Assembly: GCA_963663165.1 (NCBI GenBank)
Contig: OY760175.1
Location: forward strand, 4,096,001 to 4,160,000
Origin: an uncultured Desulfospira sp.
Lineage (GTDB): Bacteria > Desulfobacterota > Desulfobacteria > Desulfobacterales > Desulfobacteraceae
Length of the DNA stretch: 64,000 bases
Reading direction: 5' to 3'
Shown here: in pieces, positions 29,802 to 39,874 of the stretch
Position numbering within the stretch: position 1 is the first letter of the stretch
Layout of the letters: the number at the start of each line of letters is the position of its first letter
The notes under the pieces: generated by a model
Told to the model about the DNA's origin: nothing
What the model saw: only the letters and a program-made list of their open reading frames with translations
Database searches by the model: none
Made by a program: the position numbers and the translations under genes

Positions 29802-30149
29802 ATGAAAATTGAATCCTACGCCTTTGGCTCCATGGCCATTGACGGCCGGGTTTACCGGTCCGATCTGATGATCATGCCCGATGGCCGGGTTATGGACAAC
29901 TGGTGGCGAAAGACCAGCCATCTGCTGATCAGGGACGATATTGCCTCCCTGATTCAGGCCGCCCCCAAAGTGATCATTGCCGGAACCGGGGCCAACGGCC
30001 TCATGGCCATTGACCCGGCCTTATCCAGAGACCTGGCCAAAAGCCGGATTGAACTTGCGGCCCTGCCCTCTGAAAAAGCCGCAGCCCTGTTCAATGAGAC
30101 CTGGCAGCCCGACGGCTCTGTAGGGGCCTGCTTTCATCTGACGTGCTGA
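29802..30149 (+). CDS. Mth938-like domain protein
   Basis: IESYAFG, WWRK.SH, IAGTG..G, C-terminal FHLTC. Confidence 0.88.
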   Translation: MKIESYAFGSMAIDGRVYRSDLMIMPDGRVMDNWWRKTSHLLIRDDIASLIQAAPKVIIAGTGANGLMAIDPALSRDLAKSRIELAALPSEKAAALFNETWQPDGSVGACFHLTC

Positions 30150-30229
30150 ATAATTGGATATGGGGCCTGGGGACTTGGGATATTCGGAAAGGGTAACCGA
30201 AAAGCAACCCAGTGCCACACGCCGGAAAG

Positions 30230-30919
30230 TTATTTTTTTATTCTACTTATTCCGAATAAACCTAGCAACCCTGAGGACAGAAGCAAAAGCGCTGACGGCA
30301 CCGGGACCGGATAATATTCAAAGGATGAAATGTTTGCCGAAATCGATATATACCAAATCATATCAGACATGGAAGGATCATAAAATGTTAATCCCATATA
30401 TCCCGAAAAATTGGAGTAATCAAGGGTGTCGGGGATAATGCCGTCATCTGAAAACGCGTTTCCACCGGCATCGCCAAAAGATAGTAACGCACTTTGTCTG
30501 TAAAGATAACATCCGTTTACATCATCGCCCGTCATTGATTCGGCAGGGAGGCTTATTCTATACCAGTCGGCATATGTGCTGTGGTTATCATAAAGGGTAA
30601 TAAGGCTTTCCCCGGTGCCGGCAGCAGAGTAATAATCCCCGATTGTAATTGTGAGTGAAGTTATGGCATCAACATAGCTCGCTTTGCCCGGATCATCCGG
30701 ATACCAATCTACTGATGTTGATTCAACTGTATACTCAAGATGGTACAGGTCTCTTGTAGAAAAGGTTCCTGACAATTCAGTAGGAACATAATCAAGGTAC
30801 CCTTCAATAATAAATTTAACTGGGGTAGCTTCAACATAAACAGTCGTATTGCAAATAAGAATTGCTGAACAGATGAATAAAAATTTCAGTTTGTTTTTTA
30901 ATAAAGCAATGAATATCAT
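30230..30919 (-). CDS. PEP-CTERM/VPLPA-CTERM-type sorted surface protein
   Basis: Signal peptide (VEA-TP) and C-terminal PVPVPSALLLLSSGLLGLFGISRIKK. Confidence 0.85.
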   Translation of the reverse strand: MIFIALLKNKLKFLFICSAILICNTTVYVEATPVKFIIEGYLDYVPTELSGTFSTRDLYHLEYTVESTSVDWYPDDPGKASYVDAITSLTITIGDYYSAAGTGESLITLYDNHSTYADWYRISLPAESMTGDDVNGCYLYRQSALLSFGDAGGNAFSDDGIIPDTLDYSNFSGYMGLTFYDPSMSDMIWYISISANISSFEYYPVPVPSALLLLSSGLLGLFGISRIKK

Positions 30920-31268
30920 TTGCTCACCTCATTATATTTATTGGGGTCTCATTGGATATGAATTCTCTTATCTAAGAAATAATATTTTTTATTGACAAAT
31001 AGAAAATCCTTATTTTATTAAGTTTTTATTATAACATCCTAAAAAATATTTCAAATAGAAAGTCAGTGCTGACGCATGAATAAAAAAAGGTTGGCTTTAG
31101 TCGATCTAACCACTCCCTTTGGGGGGAGATCCAGCCTTTTTTAATTCAAAAAGGCAGTCCTTCAGACACTGACTATGGCCGAAACGAAAGACGGTCCTTC
31201 GGTCCGAACATAGCGTTCCCACCTCTCTGCTTGGGAGAGTGTTTTCGATTACCCGTCCGTCGTTGCCG

Positions 31269-32795
31269 TCATACTAATCGGAGTTGAAAGGGAGTGGACA
31301 GACGATCTTCCAGCCACATGTAATCCAGCCACGGGCCGGACATGGTATCCCGGACTAAACGAATCAGGCCCCGTGCGCCGGTATCTTCAATAATCCTGGC
31401 AAGCCGCTGCGAGTATCTGGCCAAAACGTTAAACATATGGCCCAGGCGCATCAAGGCATGATACCCTTTCATGACGTTCCAATCATACGAAAAACAGTGC
31501 TCGTACTCATATCCATGATGTTTCTCAACGAGAATACCGGTTTCAATACACCAACGGGAACGGGCGGCTATGTTGCATCGTTCGTGAAGATTAAATCTGT
31601 CCAAAGGTTCGCTGGACAACCACACATGACGACTATTTTTCTTTTCCGGTTGACCGCTTTCCCGGCTAACCTCTTTCCAGCTCTCTTTGCATTCAACAAC
31701 GTGCAGGATTTGACTTTTCTTGCCGTTCGGACCAAACCGGTAGTCAATGGCGTTGATCCACCGAAAAACCTGTTTCCTATTGCCCCATGTGTGTTGGTGG
31801 CAGTTTTCTGTATCGAGTGCGGCAAGCGTTTCAAATTCATTCATTACGCTGGGTAGAGCGTCATCTTTCAGTACAATCATGAACTGCCATTTGTTTGTTC
31901 GGCAAATTTCTGCCACGGGGCCATTGGCATAAAGCCCATCCAAAAGCACCATAATTTTTAGGGCGGGAAATGCCGCCTTCAGGCAAGAGGCTAACCGGTA
32001 AAACGCCTTGAGTTCGCAGTCCTGCTTATCATTAGCGGTATCTCCTTCGGTGTAGCTCAGGATTTCGCTTATCAGCGGAATGCTCATGCCATCGGAAAAC
32101 GCAAGATTAGCTTCCAGAACATAGACATGATACTGTTTCCTGGTGCCATCCTCTTTCTTGATGTTACGTTCCAGGCACTCTTCATCCCAAAGCCAGTCGC
32201 GTTTGAATTTACCTGTACCATCTATGGCAATCGGATAACAGCCATTGACCAGGTACCGTCGAAATTTCTTTTTCCGGATCAGATCTCTGACCAGATCGAG
32301 ATGAAGCTTCTTGATTTGATTGATATCAATCTTAGACAATAGGCGTTTTAACGTATCATGATGGGGAAGCGTTTCAAGCTCCGGGAAAAAATATTGAAGA
32401 TTCTTCCAGAACATCGGCCGGCTCATTTCTTTGTTGGCCTCACGGCAAGAAGCCATCTGAAACACAAAGGTCAGTATCCCATAGATCATGAGTGTGGATA
32501 TTTGGTGTTTTATCTTCTTAGGGTTTCGAGGGTCTTCAATCTTGGCCATACGTTTGAGCAGAATGGGCAGCTTAGCGCGAAAAATACTCATTTTCTCAGC
32601 CACGGCCTCATTGCGGATGCGCCCCTCCTGTTCTACACTTTCATATCGGCATTTGCAGTTAGAAATTGTGCCATGAGAGGGCGGCTGAAATCCCCTGGCC
32701 TCTTCATCCCGACGTAATTTTCTCTGCTCCTTTTTAAACTGCTTTCTTTTGGCCTTTATCTCCTCACGATTGGGGCGTCGGATAGGCTTGCTCAT
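31269..32795 (-). CDS. DDE transposase (DDE_Tnp_1-associated N-terminus; ISAs1/IS4-clan-like)
   Basis: EDPR...KH, PHHDT, AIDGT, LLDGLY, RSRWCIE. Confidence 0.88.
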   Translation of the reverse strand: MSKPIRRPNREEIKAKRKQFKKEQRKLRRDEEARGFQPPSHGTISNCKCRYESVEQEGRIRNEAVAEKMSIFRAKLPILLKRMAKIEDPRNPKKIKHQISTLMIYGILTFVFQMASCREANKEMSRPMFWKNLQYFFPELETLPHHDTLKRLLSKIDINQIKKLHLDLVRDLIRKKKFRRYLVNGCYPIAIDGTGKFKRDWLWDEECLERNIKKEDGTRKQYHVYVLEANLAFSDGMSIPLISEILSYTEGDTANDKQDCELKAFYRLASCLKAAFPALKIMVLLDGLYANGPVAEICRTNKWQFMIVLKDDALPSVMNEFETLAALDTENCHQHTWGNRKQVFRWINAIDYRFGPNGKKSQILHVVECKESWKEVSRESGQPEKKNSRHVWLSSEPLDRFNLHERCNIAARSRWCIETGILVEKHHGYEYEHCFSYDWNVMKGYHALMRLGHMFNVLARYSQRLARIIEDTGARGLIRLVRDTMSGPWLDYMWLEDRLSTPFQLRLV

Positions 32796-33667
32796 CCGAT
32801 CTGCCTCAAAACCTGACGGAAATTATTCACCAGCGGATAAACGAAGATTTTTTTGGGACTGGTCCTGTAACTTCTACCCTGCCGGACAAGCCCCTTTCCG
32901 CTGGTCATGCCAAGGTGTCTAAAATTGGCCGCCCGATAGCACGTCCCATCGAAGTGTTGTGGGTCGACAAAGGTCTCCAGCAAAGCCGGCCGATACCCCC
33001 AGCTCCGCTCCCAGTCTTGCACCAGATCTCTGACAATTTTACCCAATACGTGACTTGCCAGATACCGGACCTTGACCCACGGAAAAATCAGGAAGCGTCC
33101 ATTGTTTACAACAAATCCCAAGTTTCTTAAGCGTTCGTTGGTGCTCCAGCCGATCCATCGATCCCTCGGGGTCAGCGCCTTGGCCGCCCCTGAGAACAGC
33201 ATACATCCCAATATGCGCTCTTGAGCTTGTATCAAATAACGCAGATGACATCCGAACGGCCGCTTGTAGCCAAGATAATGGTAACGGTGCAGGTATTCAT
33301 TAACCAGTGAGCGTTCTTCCGTGTCTTGTGCGACCCTGACAACGATCGGCCCGATATCCGAAAGCGTGCCCGCTACCTTATCTTGGGGCTGGGTCCTGTC
33401 GTCCGCTACCGGCAGTTTCTGTTGAGAGCCCTTTATGGGACCGAGTTTCTCTTTTTCAGGCAACCGTATGAGACCTTGGGACTCCAGTCGCAGAAGCAAT
33501 TTCCGGCAGGCATCCACCTTGTTCCTACCAGAAGCGGTATACCAGCCCAAATGTTCGCATATTGTATGAGCCAGTTCAGTCTGACTCAAATTCGAAAAGG
33601 TCTCTACTGTCTCGCAAATCTGTATAAGCTCTTCGTCTTTAATTTTCCGGCCACATTGGACAATCAC
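32792..33667 (-). CDS. DUF4338 / Druantia DruA-like protein
   Basis: YHYLGY, RDRWIGW, VNNGRFLIFPW, LASHVL, LLETFVD, GTCYRAANF. Confidence 0.85.
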   Translation of the reverse strand: MIVQCGRKIKDEELIQICETVETFSNLSQTELAHTICEHLGWYTASGRNKVDACRKLLLRLESQGLIRLPEKEKLGPIKGSQQKLPVADDRTQPQDKVAGTLSDIGPIVVRVAQDTEERSLVNEYLHRYHYLGYKRPFGCHLRYLIQAQERILGCMLFSGAAKALTPRDRWIGWSTNERLRNLGFVVNNGRFLIFPWVKVRYLASHVLGKIVRDLVQDWERSWGYRPALLETFVDPQHFDGTCYRAANFRHLGMTSGKGLVRQGRSYRTSPKKIFVYPLVNNFRQVLRQIG

Positions 33668-35004
33668 GACATCCTCCTCTTCAAATGTAGTGTCTCGATT
33701 GGGGGGGCGCTCATTCGTACCCTATGCTACATTATCAAAAGGCCGAAATTTTGTCTATTTAAATTTTGCGACAAAATAATTTTGGATATCGAGCTGCGTC
33801 ATTGATATCATTGACTATAAATTTTCATGCGTCAGCACTGATAGAAAGTTTAACATGCAAAAGGAGATACTATGGAATCTGTTTTTATGTCATGTGCTGA
33901 TCAAAATCGTTCTACTGGTCATTATCGTATTCTTTTTATTGGAACCTTTTTTATAACAATACTGTTTGCAATAACTCCCCAAACGATGGCGGCAATATGG
34001 TTGAAAGGCAAAACGGCTCCTGTCGTTTCCGGCAATTCTTATTATGGCTATTCGATTGATATAGACGGTAACTATGCAATTGTTGGAGCTTATTTACACG
34101 ATGTGGACTATGGCGGTCCCTCATTGTCAGATGTTGGCAGAGTATGGATTTTAGAAAAGACAAATGGGGCATGGACTGACTCAAATTACCTTGAACTTGA
34201 AAGAGATGATCCCGGCAATGAGTACGATGAGTTCGGAAGATCCGTTGCAATTAGCGGCAATTATGCCGTTGTCGGTGCTCCGGGTCAAAGAAGTGGTTCT
34301 ATCCAAGGTACAGGGGCTATTTATGTATTTTATAAAAATGGAGATTCATGGGATGAAATGCAACAAATTAGAGCATTCACTACTAAGGAAGATGCACAAT
34401 TTGGCCATACTGTTGATATCTATGAAAACTATCTAATTGTCGGAACTCCCCACAAACATACGGTCCACTTTTATGAATTAGTAGGAGACTCTTGGACACT
34501 TAAAGATGCAAGAACTGTATCTGGTATTTTTGGTACCTCCGTTGCTATAAGTAACGGCTACGCAATTGTTGGCGACCCCAGCGATGATACTCATGGAGAC
34601 TATGCCGGAGCCGCCTACATATTTAAGAGAAATGATTCAACCGGACGATGGGCCCAACAAACACCTCTTTTATACCCCAATGGTGATTGGAGTCCACAGA
34701 CATATGATCGATTTGGCATATCTGTTTCAATAGACGGGGATTATGCCATTATAGGTGCTAATCCACCGGATAAAATTGGTGATGAATACTTGTTGCTTCA
34801 GGGCAGCGCATATATTTTCAAAAGAGATGACAATGAAACATGGACACAGCACAGTACATACCTTTATGACGAAGAGGATAGTGATCCGGGGGGAAATAAT
34901 TTTGGCGGTTCCGTATCTATCAACGGTCGTTATGCCGTGGTCGGGGCTTCAGGAGACAATGAGCAGGGAACAAATGCCGGAGCCGCTTTTTTTTTTATAT
35001 GAAA

Positions 35005-36731
35005 CACTACCCCGTAAAAAGGGAATAGAATTCCGTTGGTTTATGGGTTTGCCCCAAAACATTTTGATTAGCGTTACAATTTTTTAATATCCAATCGATA
35101 ATATTTCCCGTTTGGTTAATATCTCAAGCACAGAAGATAGTTTCTTAAATCATCAGTAGTGGTCAGTTTACTTAAATAAGTTTTATATACGTAGTTCCCC
35201 TGGTGGGGACTAACAGTTCGTTGTGCAAAAAACCGACCAGTCATGTTATATTCGCGCTCTAAGGCTTCATTTCAACATCCGACTTTTTATTACTGAGTCA
35301 ATAATCAATTTATCTGTTGTACGCCTCTAAACAATATCGGTACAAAACATGTTGCTAAGTTATTCAGCTTTCACACGGTACAAGTTTCATTCCTAATTCA
35401 TCCGCCTTTCTTGCCAAATTCTTCAACATTCTTTGCTTATTGGGTTTGCTTAAATAGTCCTCGCCAAGGTCTTTATAAATGTCCCCGTTTTTGATGATGC
35501 TGTAAATAGCTTTTGCTATCCTGTGGGCTATGGCAACAATCGCTTTTCTGGCACCCCGCCTTGACTTCAGCTTATAATATTTGGCCTTGTAGTACGAGCC
35601 CTTCTTTTTAATTGCAGCCCATGCAGCCTGCACTAAAATCGTTTTGAATGGATGATTTCGAACCGCGTTCCGGCCGCTTTTCCTTTTACCCGCGCTTTCA
35701 TTGTTTCCCGGGCACAATCCGGCCCATGCAACAAAAGCAGACATGCTTTCAAACTCATTCAATGTGACCCCGACTTCTCCAAGAATGGATTGCGCTGACT
35801 TTTTATCGATCCCGGGAACTTCATCTAACCTTTTCAGTAAATTTTCATAGTCGAGGGTAAGTAATTCCAATCTATCATCAATTTGTTCAATCTGTTTTTG
35901 AAACATCTCAATGGCCTCCATCATGCCAATCAGTTGGAATCGATGATGATCTTTAAAATATCCATGGAGGCTTAAATATAATTCAGGAATTTTCTTTTTA
36001 AGCCCTCCTTTTGTGCATTCCTGGACCTTTTCCAAAGTCACTTCACCGTTTTTGCATAACAAATCAATGAGATTCAAACCGGTAAGCCCGAACAAATCAG
36101 AAACAACAGAATCAATTTTAATATTTGCCGTGATAAATAATTTATGAACACGTCGCTTATAATCAGCCAGAGATTCTGTATATGTTTTTCGTAATCGGCT
36201 TAACTCACGCCATTCACGAACATGTTCAGGGGGAATAAAACTACCTTTTACCAACCCATGACGAAGCAGTCCTGCAAGCCATTTACTGTCACAGATGTCT
36301 GTTTTTCTGCCTGGAACATTTTTAATATGCCTGGCATTCACCAAAACAACCTCCATCGTACCTTCAATGGTGTTATAAACCGGATGCCAATATACCCCGG
36401 TACTTTCCATTGCCACTACAGGACAGCTGTTTTCAATCAACCACATTTTCATTTTTTGCAAATCTTGAGTAAATGATGAAAATTCTCGAATCTTATGCTG
36501 TTCTTTCCCATTACCATCAACAGTGATTAAACAGGCTGAAATTTTGTCTTTGTGAACATCCAAACCACAACAAATTGGGTGAACAATTTGGATTAATGTG
36601 CTATTTTTTGATCCCTTGGTCATAGCTATCTCCTTATATTTTTCTTGGTCGAAAAAAAAATTGATAGCTATGACCTTTTTTCAAAATTTGCAAGTGTTTC
36701 ATGCTTCGTTGTGTCCGCTAGGACATGGGGG
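35005..36731 (-). mobile_element. IS110-family element (boundaries approximate)
   Basis: Flanked by TTATATGAAA at 34995-35004 and 36732-36741; 10-bp IR ATGAAACACT (34999-35008)/AGTGTTTCAT (36693-36702); ~360-bp non-coding end. Confidence 0.75.
35364..36623 (-). CDS. IS110-family DEDD recombinase/transposase
   Basis: GLDVHK, MESTGVYW, KTDICD, VPGI, AGLCPGNNESAGK. Confidence 0.95.
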   Translation of the reverse strand: MTKGSKNSTLIQIVHPICCGLDVHKDKISACLITVDGNGKEQHKIREFSSFTQDLQKMKMWLIENSCPVVAMESTGVYWHPVYNTIEGTMEVVLVNARHIKNVPGRKTDICDSKWLAGLLRHGLVKGSFIPPEHVREWRELSRLRKTYTESLADYKRRVHKLFITANIKIDSVVSDLFGLTGLNLIDLLCKNGEVTLEKVQECTKGGLKKKIPELYLSLHGYFKDHHRFQLIGMMEAIEMFQKQIEQIDDRLELLTLDYENLLKRLDEVPGIDKKSAQSILGEVGVTLNEFESMSAFVAWAGLCPGNNESAGKRKSGRNAVRNHPFKTILVQAAWAAIKKKGSYYKAKYYKLKSRRGARKAIVAIAHRIAKAIYSIIKNGDIYKDLGEDYLSKPNKQRMLKNLARKADELGMKLVPCES

Positions 36732-37765
36732 TTATATGAAATAACCGAAAATGGGTGGCAATTCAAAGAAAAATTTGTGCTTTCAAACGACGCCCCACAA
36801 AGTTTTATGGGGATTTCAGTTGCAACGGATAAAGGCAATGTTTTAATAGGGGCACCTGACTATGGTGACAAAGTCGGAGCCGTTGTATCCTTTTCATTTG
36901 ACTTTGATGATGATTTTGATGTTGATGGATTGGACTTAAATGCGTTCATTACAAAATCACCCACCATTAAGCCGTTACCGGATGGATATATTACCCATCT
37001 TCAGCTTTTACCGGAGTTTTTCGGGCATAACCTGGAAACGATTGAACAGACGGCATCCGTTCTTCAAGCAAGTGAAAGTATAAGTTTGGCAGCCAGTATA
37101 ATGAGCGATAATATTGCTGCCTCAATCACCCAGGAATCCCAGGACGACGAAATTTTGATTGAAGATTTTAGTATCAAAGAGGTAAGCTGGGCTTCCTCCA
37201 ATGGTCAAGCCGGATTCGCAACCGGTGAATGGGAATGGCAAATTGACGAGATTCACCTTGATTCCGGCACGAATGTTATAAATTTATTTGTTACGGATGC
37301 TTTTGGCAACACTGCAGAAAAAGAAATTCAAGTGGTTTATAATGAAATTTTAACGGAAGACGGAACAAGACTACAGGAACAATGGGCCCGCAGATTAACC
37401 TACGAATTCAACTTTGATGAGACGGATACTGAGAACACACTAAGAACGGCGGCAGATATAACCATCTGGCTCTGGCCGGATAAGATCATTATGACTGATG
37501 ATTATTTAAACCCTGTTAATGTTGATAGTGACCGGATCACCATAGAGGAAGGGGTTCAATATCACTGGGGCATGGAGTGTGATGATTCCAATAAAAATAT
37601 TCTTTACCTGGATCTTCCTTCTGATGAACGGTAATGATATGACAATTTTTAGAATTGCCATCCGTTATACAATGTGTATAGATTAAAAGTCCGAATGTAA
37701 TTTTATAGAAACCTGATTTTTATGGATTCAGGATATACATTCATGATTGAAACAGAAAAATATTT

Positions 37766-37882
37766 GCCCAACAAAACGCTCCAACCGATCCGGGGGCCTT
37801 TCGACTTTTCGAAAGTCCTTGATTTGCAGATGGGGTTGGCTTTTACAACGTACTCGGCAAATTTTCCCCCGGTCGACTGAAC
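37766..37882 (+). other. Truncated integron attC-like site
   Basis: GCCCAAC-AAAACG-CTCCAACCGA...CCGGGGG...CCCCCGG-TCGACTGAAC resembles the R''/L''/L' boxes; no R' GTTRRRY follows. Confidence 0.5.
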
Positions 37883-37892
37883 ACCCCAATAT

Positions 37893-38444
37893 ATGGAAAA
37901 CCCCAACTCCAAAACCTTTGTTTTCTGCCCCTCATGCGGCCACAAAGCGCTTTTTCCCCGGTCCCTGAAATCTTTTCAATGCCGGGAATGCGGATTTTTA
38001 TTCTACATAAACTGCGCTGCGGCCGCCATGGCCCTGATTTTTGATGACCAGGGCAGGCTGTTGATTACTTACAGAAAAAGAGAGCCTGCCAAGGGAAAGG
38101 GGGATCTTCCCGGCGGGTTCATTGAGCCTGGTGAAACCGTTGAGCAGGGGCTTGCCCGGGAAATCAAAGAAGAGCTGAACCTGGATGTCCTGTCTCTTGA
38201 ATACCTGTGTTCCGCCGCCAATTTCTATCCTTACGCTTCCGTGACATATCCCATCACCGACATGGCGTTTATCTGTAAGACCAACGGGTTTGACCATATG
38301 TCGGCCAATGACGACATCACCGGATATGAATTTGTGGATCTGCCCAGCTTTGACCTGAACACCTTTGGCATGGCATCCCCTAAACGGGTGGTGGAATTCT
38401 ACTGCCGAAAGTTCCTGAAACCGGATTCGGATCTTAGCGGCTAA
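37893..38444 (+). CDS. NUDIX hydrolase with N-terminal zinc ribbon
   Basis: FCPSCG...CRECG; Nudix box GGFIEPGETVEQGLAREIKEELN. Confidence 0.9.
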   Translation: MENPNSKTFVFCPSCGHKALFPRSLKSFQCRECGFLFYINCAAAAMALIFDDQGRLLITYRKREPAKGKGDLPGGFIEPGETVEQGLAREIKEELNLDVLSLEYLCSAANFYPYASVTYPITDMAFICKTNGFDHMSANDDITGYEFVDLPSFDLNTFGMASPKRVVEFYCRKFLKPDSDLSG

Positions 38445-38491
38445 CAGCTAAAAGCTAATGGCTAACGGCTATTATAAAACAGGACATTATA

Positions 38492-39871
38492 ATGACAACA
38501 CACCCCATCATTCAGACCGTTCTCAATCAGCAAACGTACTTTAATTCTCTGGCCACCCGGTCTTATGATTTCAGGGTCAGGCAGCTTCAGACGCTTAAGC
38601 AGGGAATTTTAAAATTTGAAGCTGAATTTACCCGGGCGTTGAAACAGGATCTGGGCAAGCCTGAGTTTGAGTCCTATGCCTCGGAGATCGGGTTCAGCCT
38701 TCATGAGATCGGCTTTACCATCAAACATTTGAAGAAGTGGATGCGGCCCAGACGGGTGAAAACCCCCTTGCTCTGCCAGCCGGCATCCAGCCGGATCCAC
38801 TACACCCCCTTAGGGGTCAACCTGATCATTGCCCCGTTCAATTATCCGGTGGGCCTGACCCTCGGGCCTTTGACCGCCGCCATTGCCGCCGGCAATACAG
38901 CGGTCCTGAAAACCTCCGAGTTGACCCCTCATTGCAGTGCCGTGATCCGGAAGATGATTGAAGACGGCTTTGATCCGGCATATATCGCCTATATCCCGGG
39001 GGAAATTCCTGAAACCACCCTGTTGCTGGAACAAAAATTCGATCATATCTTTTTTACGGGCAGTCCCAGGGTCGGGGCCATTGTCATGCAGGCCGCCGCA
39101 AAAACCCTGACCCCGGTCACCCTGGAGCTTGGGGGAAAGAGCCCGTGCATTGTCCATTCAGACGCCCGGCTGAATATCGCTGCCAACCGGATCGTATACG
39201 GCAAATTTTTTAACACGGGCCAGACCTGCATTGCCCCGGATTATGTGCTGGTCCATGAAACCGTGGCCAAGGATTTCCTTAAGGCCTTAACCCACCGGAT
39301 TACCCGTCTTTACGGCAAAGATCCCCTGTCCTGCCCCGACTACGGCCGGATCGTCAATCAAGGCCATTTTAAACGGATCATGGCCCTTATTAACCCCGAC
39401 AAAATCGTTGTCGGGGGGCAGCATGACGAAAAAGAGCGGTTTATCGCCCCGACGGTGATGGCCAATGTCACCCTGGATGACAAGGTCATGGCAGAAGAAA
39501 TTTTCGGTCCGGTGCTGCCGGTGTTAACCTATACCCGGTTTGACGACATTTATAATATCATTGGAAAACTTCCCAGCCATCCATTGGCCTGTTATCTGTT
39601 CAGTGAAAGCAAAAAGGTGCAGGAAGAAGTGATGTCCCGTATCCCGTTCGGCGGCGGATCCATCAACCACTGCCTTCAGCATTTTATCAACCCGCACCTG
39701 CCGTTCGGCGGTATCGGGGAAAGCGGCATGGGCAGTTATCATGGGGTTGAGGGGTTTGAACGGTTTTCGCATAAAAAGAGCATTCTTAAAGCAGGCTCAA
39801 TAATCGACCTGCCCCTTGGGTATCCCCCGTACAAGAAAAAGCTGGGGCTTTTAAAACGGTTCATGAGATGA
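38492..39871 (+). CDS. Aldehyde dehydrogenase (class 3 / coniferyl-ALDH-like)
   Basis: PFNYP, FTGS, LELGGKSP, GQTCIAPDY, EEIFGP, PFGGIGESG. Confidence 0.93.
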   Translation: MTTHPIIQTVLNQQTYFNSLATRSYDFRVRQLQTLKQGILKFEAEFTRALKQDLGKPEFESYASEIGFSLHEIGFTIKHLKKWMRPRRVKTPLLCQPASSRIHYTPLGVNLIIAPFNYPVGLTLGPLTAAIAAGNTAVLKTSELTPHCSAVIRKMIEDGFDPAYIAYIPGEIPETTLLLEQKFDHIFFTGSPRVGAIVMQAAAKTLTPVTLELGGKSPCIVHSDARLNIAANRIVYGKFFNTGQTCIAPDYVLVHETVAKDFLKALTHRITRLYGKDPLSCPDYGRIVNQGHFKRIMALINPDKIVVGGQHDEKERFIAPTVMANVTLDDKVMAEEIFGPVLPVLTYTRFDDIYNIIGKLPSHPLACYLFSESKKVQEEVMSRIPFGGGSINHCLQHFINPHLPFGGIGESGMGSYHGVEGFERFSHKKSILKAGSIIDLPLGYPPYKKKLGLLKRFMR

Positions 39872-39874
39872 GAC

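Larger units (their letters stand above)
31064..33840 (-). mobile_element. Complete 2777-bp two-gene insertion sequence (DUF4338 + DDE transposase)
   Basis: Perfect 17-bp TIR CAGTGCTGACGCATGAA at both ends; 9-bp TSD ATAGAAAGT at 31055-31063 and 33841-33849. Confidence 0.95.
33872..37634 (+). pseudogene. FG-GAP-repeat (beta-propeller) secreted protein split by IS110: 5' part 33872-~35002, 3' part ~36732-37634
   Basis: Repeated FG.SV.ISG.YA.VGA and GAAYIF motifs; the last repeat 'GAAF' continues as 'LYEITENGW...MGISVATDKGNVLIGAP' after the insertion; the T10 run at 34987-34996 leaves the rejoined halves 1 nt out of frame. Confidence 0.85.

Noticed and set aside
31165..31215. Hammerhead-like CTGA...GAAA string in the IS end
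   Set aside because: The core reads CTGACTA rather than CUGANGA and stems I-III cannot be built.
32792..33667. Druantia anti-phage system
   Set aside because: Only a DruA-like gene is present, inside an IS; there is no DruE helicase or other dru gene.
35005..35161. Separate MITE with CACTAC...GTAGTG ends inside the IS110 end
   Set aside because: Only 6 bp are complementary and there is no target duplication; it is more simply part of the IS110 non-coding end.
36645..36731. TTG-start N-terminus of the 329-aa ORF as an independent gene
   Set aside because: These codons lie in the IS110 end; the true coding part is the 3' half of the split FG-GAP gene.
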